64,000 nucleotides of DNA from Phoronis australis. Lineage: Eukaryota; Animalia; Phoronida. The stretch spans positions 235,997-299,996 of the forward strand of contig NMRA01000531.1 of the NCBI GenBank assembly GCA_002633005.1, given 5' to 3'. The notes below the pieces were generated by a model, which did no database searches, was not told the origin of the DNA, and worked only from the letters and a program-made list of their open reading frames with translations. This document shows positions 37,020 to 49,834 of this stretch, one piece after another. Made by a program: the position numbers and the translations under genes. The stretch's first letter is position 1, and each line of letters starts with the position of its first letter.

Positions 37020-38684
37020 AGGAGAACGCCACCCGATTTAATTAGTCTTTTTTGCTGTCTTAATCGGTCTATATTCACATCGCCTCGCATACGGTTGACC
37101 TTACCTTGCCAAGAGGTGTCGCATTAACCTGTGAGGAAGGTGAGAAACGACGCTAGCGACGTCAATGGTTCATATGCAGAGTGAATGCCGCTATGTTGCG
37201 GTGCATCGTTCCCGCTTGTCCGAACTAAGCAGCTGCGAGGAAAGCAGGTATATCATTTTGTTTACTTCCTCGAGAGTCCGAAATGCTTAGGAAGTGGCTC
37301 ATGGTAGTGAAGAATGAAATGTACGCTGTAAATAGCAAGTATAAGGCCGTGAAACATCTCCCTGACTGTGGCCTGCAGTCACGTCGACAGTGCCTCACGA
37401 ATGCCGGCTTACCAAATAAGTCCATACGTTCCTTTGCCTTTTGTTCACGGCGCCTCTCTAACATTACTTCATCACTGTATTTCTGTTCGAATTGATAGCC
37501 CGTAAAACTTAACGATCCACCTGCGAAGTCGGGACTCAGATGAGCTCTAGCTCGTCCTAAGTCCGGATTGCGAGTTGCCATGTTGGCATTGATTACTGAG
37601 CGTTCTGTTTCAAAATGAATTATTCTCAACCTAACCAATACTTATATAAAACTGAAACAAAGTCTGTCTCATTAGATGCAATTTGTAATGCCTTTGGAGT
37701 GTTCATGAGAGCAAATGATTTGAGAAGCCAGCAATGAATAAATCACAGTGTGTTACTGGCTTTAGGTGCAATAAAACTAATTGACGGGACACCGAGGCCG
37801 TGTGAGCTCATGCTAATTGAGTGTTTGCTGGCAGAAACTGTTGTGCAACAACTTGATTTCCATCCCACGGCCAGGTGTTAGGGGAATCTTTATTTACATT
37901 TACATCACTCAAATAATGATTGTCAATGTACAACAGTTTCTGCTGAGGCCAAAGTGGAACTTCTGAATTCGCGGCCCCCAACAACTAAGTAGATTTGCAG
38001 TTTCGTGGGTAATTCCCCAACATAATCAGGTGCGCATTTCTTCTTTGGCTCACTAGTATAGACTGGAAGTTTAGTTTCCACTGAACTTTGGCTGGTTTAT
38101 GTTCGTGCTGTCTGATCAGTTTGCGAGTCACTGGCCGGGATAACGAGTCAATCCGGCCGGTCGCAACGGGCCTGATTGAGCTCCGAGCCACTGGCCAGGA
38201 TAACAAGCGTTTTGTGTTTAGAACTCAAAAAATCAAAAGTCTAAACAACACAGATCTAGGTTCACCTGTCTGCATCTCACGGAAAGTACTTCGAAATTAT
38301 CTCCGAACAGACCCCAAACTCCTGCTACAGACCTTGGCCTACCGAACTTTGTAGGCTACGGTGTGTCCAAGTACTAATAAATCCGTAAGAGCGAAATAAA
38401 ACAACACGTTTTTATAAGAACTCGGTGTATTTTTAAGGGTTTTACACCAAAGTTTGATGATTTATTGGTGTTAAACGATGAATTGATGCGATAAGCTGAA
38501 ACCAGTAACCCGTGTTGTGAACTGCTGAACACACTGCGTGTGAAACCGATGACGTCATTGGTTAATTTCAACACCTCCGTCTGCCGTCAGGTGTCAGGTA
38601 ACGCAACCGTACGTGTCGTTATGAAGTAGAACTACTCGATCTAAATTGATACAAATTAGGTTGTTTTTTGGGTGGCATGCTCCT
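37020..38684 (+). mobile_element. Non-autonomous Kolobok (family B, copy 1)
   Basis: TTAA|AGGAGAACGCCACCC...GGGTGGCATGCTCCT|TTAA. A truncated THAP on + (RCIVPACPN*...LRKWL) meets a truncated convergent ORF on - from 37581 (MATRNP...GYQFEQKYSDE). Confidence 0.85.
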
Positions 38685-38999
38685 TTAAGAGACATTGAAA
38701 ATTAAATTTGATACCCCATGTCTGAACCACCAAGACACGGGATAAGAACAAATAACTGAAAGTGTATGCTTAGTCTCAGGTTTCTGTATTTTGTCAAATC
38801 TGCAAGTTCGTAGTTTTTCGCAGTGGGCTGTTTTCCTGCCTGTTGTTTAGGGTTTCTCTCCTCTGACAAATGTTCAGACGGAAGATCCAGGATTAAATGT
38901 AATATGTCTATTAGTATTTATGTATTTATATTTTCTGTTTTCACAATCAATGTCACACAGCTGTTGTATTGCTTAAATATACAAAAACACGCGACTTTC

Positions 39000-39542
39000 A
39001 AAGTGTATGACAAGAGAACGAATTGGAATGGCCAAATCAGGATTTATAAAAACGAAAACGATATTAACATCAAGAAACATATCAATCACTCTCAGACTGC
39101 GAATCACAACTTGCTACATATATTCGATCCTTATGTACGGATGTGAGACATGGACTCTCAATAAATCATTGGAAAGAAAGATCGACGCGTTTGAAATGTG
39201 CATATTCAGAAGGATTGGAAGAATAAGCTGGACGCAGAAAACGACAAATGAAGACGTGCGCAAACAACTAGGTGTCAAACCATCTCTTTTGTCCACCATC
39301 CAAAATCGTAAATTGAACTTTTTTGGGCACACGGCAAGACACGACAACATACAGAAAGACATACTATACTGTCACGTGGAAGTGAAAAGAGCAAGAGGAC
39401 AACAACGATTAATGTGGGGGGATGACATCAAGACATGGACAAGGTCAACGATGACAGAATGCACCAGACTGGCAAACAACAGAGAGAGATAGAGGTCCAT
39501 TTCACATCAACCTCAAAGGAGATGACACCCGATGACGATGAT
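39000..39542 (+). mobile_element. 5'-truncated RTE-clade LINE (3' end)
   Basis: RIGMAKSGF...SILMYGCETWTL...IDAFEM...RRIGRISW...NEDV...RKLNFFGH..R...KRARGQQR..W.DDIK.W, followed by a short GAT-repeat tail. Confidence 0.88.
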
Positions 39543-39985
39543 AGAGCTCTGAGAAGGCTCAAATCCACAGAAACTATTGCAGTGTTTAATACTACTTATT
39601 TAAACGAAAATTTGCTGCCAACATAAAAATTACAGCACGGTAGATTTCAGACATTTAAACCCATATTAAACCCATGCTTTGTGTCAAACACCAAGTTTTG
39701 ATTTAGGTAACTTAATTATCACTACAAATTTGGTATAGTCTCCGTCCTTACTCAGCTGAAGAGTGATGTGTGAGCACAAGAAGGACTGTTTGTTATGTCT
39801 TCAGAAATAATGAAGTCAGTTCTTTTGAAGCCATAAAATCTCCCCCAGCTTGACTATGAAAATATTGTGGACCAATTGTAAGTGGTCTAAATCAACACTT
39901 GAAATAAGATACAGCAACAGCAGTAATAGCCATGAACTCTGAGCAAAATCATTGACAACCATAACTTGCTTGTGTTATCACATAC

Positions 39986-40173
39986 CTTTCGTTTGAGAAC
40001 AGATAATTTCTCAACAACATTATATATCCAACCAGGAAGTGACTTGACTGACATCTGTTGAGCTTTTCAAACAATTTTCCAGTTCACTAGCTGCCTTGCA
40101 CACATTTGTCACCTCGCGGTCAATGCTTCTCTGAGCAGTTCTAAACTTCTTGTTGAGGATTTTCATAGGGAAC
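39986..40173 (-). pseudogene. MAEA: MAEA-like exon (N-terminal) with +1 and +4 insertions
   Basis: tttttag|GTT CCC TAT GAA (A)ATC...; GAT (ATAT)AAT GTT GTT GAG AAA...CGA AAG|gtatgt. Confidence 0.9.
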
Positions 40174-41599
40174 CTAAAAAGAAGCATTAATACAAACGCA
40201 TCAAGCCTGATCAGTGTAAAGCTCACTAACATTATGTGACCTACATGTAGACAGGTACTACTGTTCAGTTGACTGCTGAAGACGCAAGTCTCTGGAGCCA
40301 GGGGACATGGGTTTGATTCCTGAGTAGGACCTTTCAGCTCTGCAAGTTCATGTGTCACCTTTTAGTTCACCCAAATGCTATAGTTATTACAATTTCTTGA
40401 AAACCAATCAAACATTGACCCGTTATTACATTTAAAGTACCCACGGTCAAAAGGAAAAGTACAGAGTAAAATGCCAATCAGGCGGCTGCCTGAGACTTTA
40501 ACATGGCCAACACCAAGGGAAGGCAGCACGGGTGACCTGTCAACACACTTGCAAGACAATTGATGTTATCGGAACACACCTGAACTTGAATTAACCATTC
40601 AACACCATCCACTACGTCAAGTGACCAACAATTAAGTAGACCTACTAATGAATTTTTGACGCCCTGCAATCTCCTAACATTTGAAAATTTGAAATCAATT
40701 TCATAATAGTGAGTGGTATAAATCAAAAGTAGGGAGTTTAATGTTCCCATGGCTACCAGTTATGTGATTAGTTGGATAGGTTGAATTATGAATTATGGGC
40801 TAGAATTAACAGTTTCCATTCTGTAAGTGAAGATTTCTCGCCACTTAGTGCTTTGCAAGTGTCTTGGGTCTCTATCAAACACAACCTTTTCAGTAATGCT
40901 AATCCGCACCCTTCTGCATACATGCATGACTCGGGATCTACCTATACAGATTGCTCGAGTTTTGAAAGGTGCGCGATATGGTTTTTAAACATTTGTGTTG
41001 TGGTAATGCTTCATTATAGGTGGCTAAAATAATTGGGAAGCCAAACTTATTACTAGTAAACTTCAACAGTTTACACGATTTACTTTGAGGCCTTCTAACT
41101 GTTTTGAAAGGGTGAAATATAGTATTTCAAATTCCTTCAAAGGGTTACGAATGGGGTTTGGTTCTCGAGTCAAAGTTAGGGTTTCAGATTTAGTTTTGTG
41201 CTCAAGATCCAAACTTTAGTAAAGCTCCACTATTTCTGAAGTATGAAAGTATGTGACAAAATTGAAGTCAATGGTGCAAGGTGGGTGTGGTTATAACGTA
41301 TTTTCATGTATCTCCAATTAAATATGTTTTCTTACATATAAATAAATTTGGTTTTGAATAAGAGTACTTAAATGACTTGGAAAATACAATTTGATTTTAA
41401 AAACAACTTAGACCAAGATAATTTAGATAACTCAAATGAAGGATTACAGAACTTTAAGTATCAGTCAGTACACTAATGCAGTTTCATTTTGACGAGAAAA
41501 AATACAATCTGTTCAAAACAACTGGCCATGCCTGGGTTGAAATCGACGAATATAAGTCATGTTCCATAATTCTCAAGTTGTCAATTATGAGAAATGACG

Positions 41600-42085
41600 T
41601 TTATTTGTGACAAATACGAGTCATTTCATCAAAAAAGGCTGCAAAATTGAGTTCAGCAATACCATCAACATGATAGAGTGGTCCAAAGCCACGAACTTTG
41701 TCATCAACACCATGGAGATTGGAGGCCGTCATTGGCAGGGAAGAGCTGACTGTATCAACCAAGCAACTGTATCGGAATGGCTTGAAGAACAATCTCCCAC
41801 AATCATTGTTCCAACGGACGGCTCACTAAGAGATGACACTAGGGCTCGGGCAGAAGTTGCTTAGACTCGCAAGGGTCAACGCCTCTTCGAATGGTCAACA
41901 GCACGGGTTGGAAAATCCTCGTCTTTTAGACCTGAATGTGAAGCATATGAAGACGCCCTAGTCTGGCTCTCACAGAACACAACACCTGCAGACAGATCAT
42001 TTCTACTTACAGACTACCTCAGCCTCATTAGCAGGCTAAAAACTGGTCATGTTAAAGATTCCTGGATCTCTCTGTTCATCTTTAT
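41600..42085 (+). mobile_element. RNase H fragment of a non-LTR retrotransposon
   Basis: IIVPTDGSL...KSSSFRPECEAYEDALVWL...FLLTDYLSLISRL shows the D-E-D RNase H motifs, with one in-frame stop. Confidence 0.7.
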
Positions 42086-42282
42086 TCCCATACCAGAAGA
42101 CCATGTTTGCCGCAAGCTTGCAGCGAACATGCCGCAAGCTTGCAGCAAACAATTTTGTTTGCAGCAAACCAGCTGCAAAGTTTGCAGGAGTTTGCCACTA
42201 CACGCAACTCAGACGCACACATTGCCGCAACCTTGCTGCAAATACTGAAGTTTGCAGGAATGTTGCGGCAAAGTTGGTGATT

Positions 42283-42525
42283 GAAAAAGTGTTTGCGGGA
42301 AAGTTGCAGGAAACTTTATTGATGAAAAAGTGTTTGCGGGAAAGTTGCATAATACTTAATTGGTGAAAAAGTGTTTGCGGGAAAGTTCCAGGAAACTTTA
42401 TTGTTGAAAAGTGTTTGCGGGAAAGTTGCAGGAAACTTCATTGATGAAAAAGTGTTTGCGGGAAAGTTGCAGGAAACTTAATTGGTGAAAAAGTGTTTGC
42501 GGGGAAAGTTGCAGGAAACTTCAAT
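42283..42525 (+). repeat. Tandem repeat, about 41-bp unit x6, inside a CCCA-initiated GCAAG/GCAAA-rich element starting near 42087
   Basis: gaaaaagtgtttgcgggaaagttgcaggaaactttattgat repeated with few variants. Confidence 0.85.
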
Positions 42526-43388
42526 GTTTAAAGTGTTAGCATTAAGATTGGGACAATGTTAGAAATGGTGAAATTGTTTTTTTATTTTCTAAATTTCAAA
42601 GAAACCTCAAATCCCAGAACCTAAGCAGGGCAGTTACTTATTTTAGATAACTTATAACCTAAATGTGACCTACTGTTGGGTAAGTTACAATGTTAAAAAC
42701 AACAAATGCTCAAAGATGACCAAATGCGACCTAAAACACTAGAGATTAGTTACTGCATCTGTATGTACTTTGTTTTTCATTCAGTCACTATACTTAACAA
42801 GTTTTCAACTTTCATACTGCTGTCAAAACCAGTACAGCAAAATATTAAATGCAATTGCTTTAAAACAACAAAGGCAGTGTTACCTGCATGTTGTTTAATC
42901 AAGTATAATAAATATCAATACAAACCATACACAAATATATGATCCAATTTTACCAAATGTGCAAGTATAAGCATTTAGAGAAATTTGTACTTTTCCAACA
43001 TTTGAAATTATCTCATAATCAGGTGGTAGCAGCCACTGTAGCTACATTAAAATTTTGTCTATTTCAGACAAAAATAATTGCCAAAAATTACTCATTTTGA
43101 TTTTTCAAGGACATTTAGCGTTGTTGTGAAGACTCACAATTTTTCAAAATATTGTCTGTCAGCAGCTATGGTACAGACTTGGATATGACTCGGGATTCTT
43201 GTGGCACTGCACATTATTTATGAAAAAAATAAGAAATTTAATTTCACTATCATTGTTTTATGCTTCTAGGGTTATTGTTTATTTTAATCATACTAGCCCA
43301 GCCACATGTTGAACTGCTAGGACTGTTTTCAAGGAATGCCTCTTGGAATACATTAATGTTTAATGCCTCTAGGGCTCTTGATTGTTTA

Positions 43389-43829
43389 CCGTATTCGCCG
43401 TAATAACCGCCCAGGGCGTTTAGAAAAGTTCGTTTCCGGGTGGGGCACTTATTATAACCCAAGGTCGTTGAAACCTGGTCTCCGAAATGGGTGAAATCGG
43501 AAGCTAAGATTCATCATATTTACGCTCTGTGACGTATCTGTAATCTATGAAAAGACTTTCTACAAAACCGTGGTACATTGCATTGTATAGTCACGGCTAA
43601 ATACCGACATAGCGATGAGGCTCGTGGTCTACAAATTCGGCGCACAATGATTTTTTCAGGACTGTCGGATATTACTGATAAATTGAAGATGTTACTGTAG
43701 AATTTTAAGACAGTAGGTAAAGCATTTTTTGCACGTACACGTTCATGGACTGGGCGCTTATTTTAGCAAAGTCTGAAAACGTGTGGGGGGCGCTTATAGG
43801 GGCATGGGCGGTTATTACGGCGAATAGAG
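43389..43829. mobile_element. Tc1/mariner-type MITE
   Basis: TA|CCGTATTCGCCGTAATAACCGCCC...GGGCGGTTATTACGGCGAATAGAG|TA. Confidence 0.8.
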
Positions 43830-44439
43830 TATTTAAATTATGCTAGCCCAGCCACATGTTGACCTGGTGGGACTGTTATCAAGGAAAGCATGTGGTTGTC
43901 AAAGTTACATGCCTGGGAAGTGACCTATAAGCTTTCATTTGAACCAAATTCAAACGGTTTTGGTACAGCTTAGACTCTACATGGATAACTGAAGAACTGT
44001 ATGGATGTGAGTTTTGAACTTAAAATTGGATATATGTTGATGTGATTGTTAAGTAAAATTACTTAGACTTCATTCATGAATCAGTAGTTTTGGTCTTACA
44101 AACAAAAAGAAGTTGCTTTTCTTACTGATTCAGCCAAATTGGAGGTTATAATGGTTAGGGAAAAGTACAGCACAGATTTCAAATGAGTTAACTGGGGTTG
44201 AGACCAGAATCAACTAATTTCCAAAAAGTTGTCAAGTTACATGTAACCAGTCCTTCAAAATAATCACTTAATAGAGACTGTAAAACTTAAGTTTGTGTCA
44301 ATTTTCACATCGCTTTCTGACTGTTTGATTCACTATAGGAACAACAAACTTTTATTTTGGTTTAATGCATGGTAATAAGTGGGCACAAAATAAGGTTAGC
44401 ATATATGGTATGTTTAACTACTGGTAGGTGTTTTAACTG

Positions 44440-44830
44440 CCCTCACCTTCAGTCATACGCAAGTTCTCAGTCTGCAGTCAAACTATGGAACACAAGTTCA
44501 ACTGTCTGTTCATACATGAGCGGAAGAGCACAAGTTCGACTTAAAACGTAATGCCATCACAAATGCCTTCTTGTGGAAAGTGAAATCGCATTCATATTTT
44601 AGGTTTATGAATATTGAGTGACATAATTTACTTGATGAAAGCCAGACACACTGCAGAGGTTATGAGGCAACAAGTTTAAGTTGAAAACAGCGGAAAAAAT
44701 GGCGTTCACAGCATCTCAAGGTTGGTTAGAACAAACATGGAAGAAAACACGAGCGATCATCCCATATGATCCCAATGGAACACTAATGATTGCTGTAATG
44801 CAGATTAGTCTGGAGTAGAATTTGTTTAGA
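44440..44830 (+). mobile_element. Possible pogo/Tigger (CENP-B-type HTH) transposase relic
   Basis: Fragments LSDIIYLMKARHTAE and FTASQGWLEQ..KK resemble the F.AS.GWL motif; very decayed. Confidence 0.4.
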
Positions 44831-45322
44831 ACGTCCACTAGTATGGTTATAACTGGATAACCTCTGTAGTTGTTCTTTTCAACACCATGGTAAAATTGTA
44901 GAATGGAAAGGTATAATTTATGTTTGATGCCTTAGATAAATGAATGGTGTTATTGGATGATATCGCTATAGTCGAAATATTGCAAATTTCAACATAGGCC
45001 TACAAGTTCAATGATAGCCTATTCAGTAGACTGATGTATCATGAAACCATATTGGGAAGCAAAAATAGTAATCGATGAAGTATTCGACAGTTTTCAAGTA
45101 TTTTAGATGAATATGGGAAAAATAAATATAAGGCAATCTTACTTAGTCTCAAAGTGTGCGGAACGGTTCCGCACCTTTTTAATATCCACTTATGGCCATA
45201 AAAAATGGTATGAAACAAATCTATACCTTACCCTAAACATGTTTACAATGTTACATTTTTATTTCCTCAATTAGCATTTTCTTAATTAGAAGTTCAATTT
45301 TTGCCATGCGGAATATTCCACA

Positions 45323-46536
45323 CATGTCGTGAACACATTCACTACCACAAGAAACTGTAGGAACATGGCATTTATCCACCTTCACTCTTATCAGGCTTCT
45401 ATTGTGAGTCAGCATGCGTGAATAATTGGCTGATAAGCCACCTCTGGAACTACTTTTGGCTGAATGGATGACCAGGCCATAAAATGATAATTAGCCAAGA
45501 CCAGTTAATACAATGCAACAAAGAATAATGTCATAGCATCACCTAGCCTTGGTGGAAAGCTGTATACTGTACTGGCTCTAATAAACGCTTAGAAAAATTC
45601 ATTTCACTGGGAGGGGACGCTCACTTTAGCCTATGGCAGTTGAAACCCGGTTTCCCAAACGGGTAAAATCGGAAGCTAGGATTCATCAAATTTACGGTCT
45701 GTGACATATTTGTAGCCTATGACAGTCTTTCTACAAAATTGTGGTGCATTGCTATCAACTTCCGTTGTTAAATTGCGATAATTTTTCAAAAAAGTGTGCT
45801 CATCACAGGGCGAAAACTTGCTGACTGATGCGACGCTGAATCGCGATCGTCAATAGGAAAACTTGAACACTTGAATAAAAATATAGTTTCGACTCAACAA
45901 ATTACCTGAAATCTTCCTTATGTTTTACAATTTTTAAAGTTCATGTGGAGTCCAGATTAATTGCGATTAAGTCCAAATCTGCGCTACATCGTACCCCACA
46001 NNNNNNNNNNNNNNNNNNNNNNNNNNNNNNNNNNNNNNNNNNNNNNNNNNNNNNNNNNNNNNNNNNNNNNNNNNNNNNNNNNNNNNNNNNNNNNNNNNNN
46101 NNNNNNNNNNNNNNNNNNNNNNNNNNNNNNNNNNNNNNNNNNNNNNNNNNNNCGCCGAATGAAAGTAATCGTGAGTGTTGCTGTGTTGCAAAATCTCTTG
46201 TCCTGGGCCGATTTGAAAAATTCAAAGTTGTACTCATATTTGTTTTCGCTCCTCTTTTCAAATATTACAGTAAAAACTACGTAAAACTCTCTCCATAAAA
46301 AGTACAGTCTGCTAGCTAGATTATAATCAGCTGATCATATCCACATGAGCGAAGACAATTATCCTCGCTCGTGACTGGATGAATAGAGCAGCTTGGCGGC
46401 ATCCCTTTGATCGTGAGCCGAGTGCGACTCAGCCAAGGTGGATAAATACGGTCTAGTTCAATTTTCCAAACCCCACCGTTTACCTTGACCATTGGGGTTA
46501 GGACCAATCTTATTTAGTGGGAATGTTTATAGCATG
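45323..46536 (-). mobile_element. CATG-ended 2-bp-TSD element (copy 2, inverted, contains gap)
   Basis: CA|CATGTCGTGAACA...TGTTTATAGCATG|CA. It interrupts an older repeat carrying gcggaatatt motifs on both sides. Confidence 0.75.
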
Positions 46537-47195
46537 CAGATTTTGCGGAATATTACGCACTTGCAGAATACTGCGCAAGTTTTGTGGAATACTGTGACTT
46601 GCGAAATATTATGTATATTTTGTGAAATAATAATCAAAATAATAATTTATTTTTAAAAATCAATGTGAAAGTTCCAGAAGGGTTCCACTAACAGAAAAGT
46701 TTAGCACAGTATTTGATTAAGAATACACAAATAATCACAATTAAAAGTAAGATCTGGGTATAGTATTAGATATGTCAAATTAAGTCAATGTTTCCTTACT
46801 GTCATTTCTTTTCCTCATAAGTGTAAAGTGACCCCGAGGGCAGCATTCTTTGTAGTACACAACAAATTCTTGAAATAAAATTCACAAAACTGTTATTAAA
46901 TTACTCCTCAATCCCCATTTTCATGAACAATTTAAACATGCAATTAACAGAATGGAAAACTCACAAAGTAATGTTGACTGACCACATGCGACCAACACAG
47001 AATGATAATGGCAGCAATTTAACCCAACATAACCAAAAAATATAAAACCGTCAACAGCATGCCATACTAATGGATTACGTAAACATTCTCATTTTTTTAT
47101 GGCAACAGGGAATTGAGTTATATTTTATATTTTTGAAGATGATTGGCAAAATCTTTTTAATGTGAAGACTGGGCAAGTCTTGAAAATAAGCTTAA

Positions 47196-48884
47196 AGGAG
47201 AATGCCACCCAAAAAACAACCTAATTTGTATCAATTTAGATCGAGTAGTTCTACTCCATTATAATGACACACGTACGGTTGCGTGACCTGACACCTGACG
47301 GCATACGGAGGTGTTGAAATTATGCAATGACGTCATCGGCTTCACACGCAGTCTGTTCAGCAGTTCACAACACAGGTTACTGGTGTCAGCTTATCGCTTG
47401 AAGTCATCGTTTAACACCAATAAATCATCAAACTTCGATGTAAAACCCTTAAAAACATACAAAATTCTTATAAAAACGTGTTGTTTTATTTCGCTCTTAC
47501 GGATTTATTGGTATTTGGACACACCGTAGCCTACAAAGTTCGGCAGGCCAATAAGGTCCGTAGCAGGATTTTGGGGACGGACTAGATAATTTCGAAGTAT
47601 TTTCCGTGAGATACAGACAGGAGAACCTATAGATCTGTGTTGTTTATACTTGTGATTTTTTGAGTTCTAAACACAAAATGCTTGTTAGCCTGGCCACGAG
47701 TGACTCGGAGCACGATCAGGACCATCGCGGCCGCCGCGTCGGATTGACGTTATCCTCTCTAGTGGCTCGGAAACTGATCAGACATCACGAACATAAACCA
47801 ACCAAAGTTCAGTGGAAACTAAACTTCCAGTTAAGAAAATACTATATACTAGTGAGCCAAAGTAATGTGCACCTCATTATGTTGGTGAATTAGCCATAAA
47901 ACTGCAAATCTACTTACTGGTCGGGGGCCGCGAATTCAGGTTCCGCTTTGGCCACAGCACCGTCAGGGCAGACGTAGTACATTGACAATCATTATTTGAG
48001 TAATGTAAATGTAAATAAAGATTCCCCTAACACCTGGCCGTGGGATGGAAATTGAGTTGTTTCACAACAGTTTCTGTCAACAAAGATTAAATTAGCATGA
48101 GCTCACACAGCCTAGGTGTCCCGTCAATTAGTTTCATTGCACCTAAAGACGGTAACGCAGTGATTTATTCATTGCTGGCTTCTCAAATCATTTGCACTCA
48201 CGAACACTCCAAAGGCATTACAAGTTGCCTCTAATGAGACAGACTTGTTTCAGTTTGATATAAGTATTGGTTAGGGTGAGAATAATTCATTGTGAAACAG
48301 AACGCACAGTAATAAACGTCAACATGGCAACTCGCAATCCCCACTAAATAGGACGAGCTAGAGCTCATCAGTCCCGACTTCGCAGGTGGATTGTTAAGTT
48401 TTACAGGCTATCAATTCGAACAGGAACAGTGATGAAGAAATACTAGAGAGGCGCCGTGAACAAGCTCAGACAACGGAACATATGGAATTATTTCGTAAGC
48501 TGGCATTCGTCAGGCACGGTCGACGTTTGCTGGCAACAGACACGGAGATGTTTCACGACCTCATACTTGCTATTTACAGCGTACATTTCATTCTTCACTA
48601 CCATGAGCCACTTCCTAAGCATTTCGGACTCTTGAGGAAGTAAAAAAAACGTTATACCCGCTTTCCTCACAGCTGCATAGTTCGGACAAGTGGGAACGAT
48701 GCACCGCAACATAGCGGCATTCACTCTGCATATTAACCACTGACGTCGCTAGCGTCGTTTCTCACCTTCCTCACAGGTTAACGCGACACCTCTTGGCAAG
48801 GTAAGGTCGACCGTATGCGAGGCGATGTGGATATAGACCGATTCAGACGGCAAAAAAGACTAATAAATCGGGTGGCATTCTCCT
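47196..48884 (-). mobile_element. Non-autonomous Kolobok (family B, copy 2, inverted)
   Basis: TTAA|AGGAGAATGCCACCC...GGGTGGCATTCTCCT|TTAA. ORF 48488-48724 MLRCIVPTCPN...FFLLP...LRKWL...LRVC is a THAP N-terminus; colinear with 37020-38684. Confidence 0.87.
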
Positions 48885-49834
48885 TTAACATGATAGAAGG
48901 TGAAATCTTGGCAGGTGAAAGCCAACAATTAGTGAACAAAGCTGATGCCAATCTTGATAACTTGACAGTGGGAAAATGATATTTCATTATCTTAATGAAT
49001 TTAGAAGTTTGACTTGGCAAAAGATTGGTGTGATTGTTTTCGTATATCCAAGGTTTTTGGCAAAGATGATCACATAACCTCTCACCTGGTCACTTTGATG
49101 GATGAAAGTAAGCAATAATGTGTCTGCCAATGTTCAATGTTTTCAAAACTGTAAAACTGCCCAACTCTTGCCTCAAGAACAAGTGAAATTTTTTATAAAT
49201 TTTTACCATTCCAAATAGTCTGAAGGGGGGGGGGTTAGGGCAAATGTTCCAAATTTAAGGAGATTAGAAAAATATCAATTGAATCAGATAGGCATCTATG
49301 ACTAAGGATGCGAGACAAAACTGGATCTGAAAATGCAAAATCAAAGTCATTTCAATTCATTTGCTCCCTGACGAATTAAAAACCCATGCATGGTCGAGAT
49401 TTTTTCGTCTTCATCATTAGCTGCTGCATGAAACAAGAGCCCCTTTCAAGATATGTTTGCTTTACATATATGACACATGCTGTCATTTATGCTTGGCCAT
49501 AGTCACAAGTGAATGCAATAGCACTTTGAATTATGTTAATAGTTATACCTGTCTCTGACACACTCCTTTTGCTGCCTTTTTATGGATATCATTATTCCTC
49601 AGTTTTACCGGATACTTTCAAAAGTCTATTGTAAACTCCGCAACCATGATGAAGTTGAATCTGAAATTGAGATGAACCATTAAAATCAAACTACCCCATG
49701 AACGACAATATAAGAATATCAAGAGAGCATCACCCTATGCTACGACAACATTAATTTTAAACAATTCTCAAACACTTGCACATTTTTATCAGAAACAAGC
49801 TTTCAAAGCTACCTGATTCTGTGAGCAACTTAAG

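Larger units (their letters stand above)
29337..40173 (-). pseudogene. MAEA: MAEA (GID9/EMP, CTLH E3 ligase subunit) intron-containing partial pseudogene, six exons
   Basis: Six spliceable exons give VPYEILNKKFRTAQRSIDRE...KLSVLKRK / ADEN...LCKRRLAHLKE...[20 protein letters not shown] / DLTNIDLFL...[16 protein letters not shown] / STLEFSLREQEFIELI / HARKHFS / ELLSADRWQMLVEQFR...TLQAGLSAL after correcting at least four indels. The first exon and RING exons were not found. Confidence 0.9.

Noticed and set aside
35606-48884. Single large inverted segmental duplication
   Set aside because: The two repeat pairs are not in mirror order and each copy has its own TSD, so they are independent insertions.
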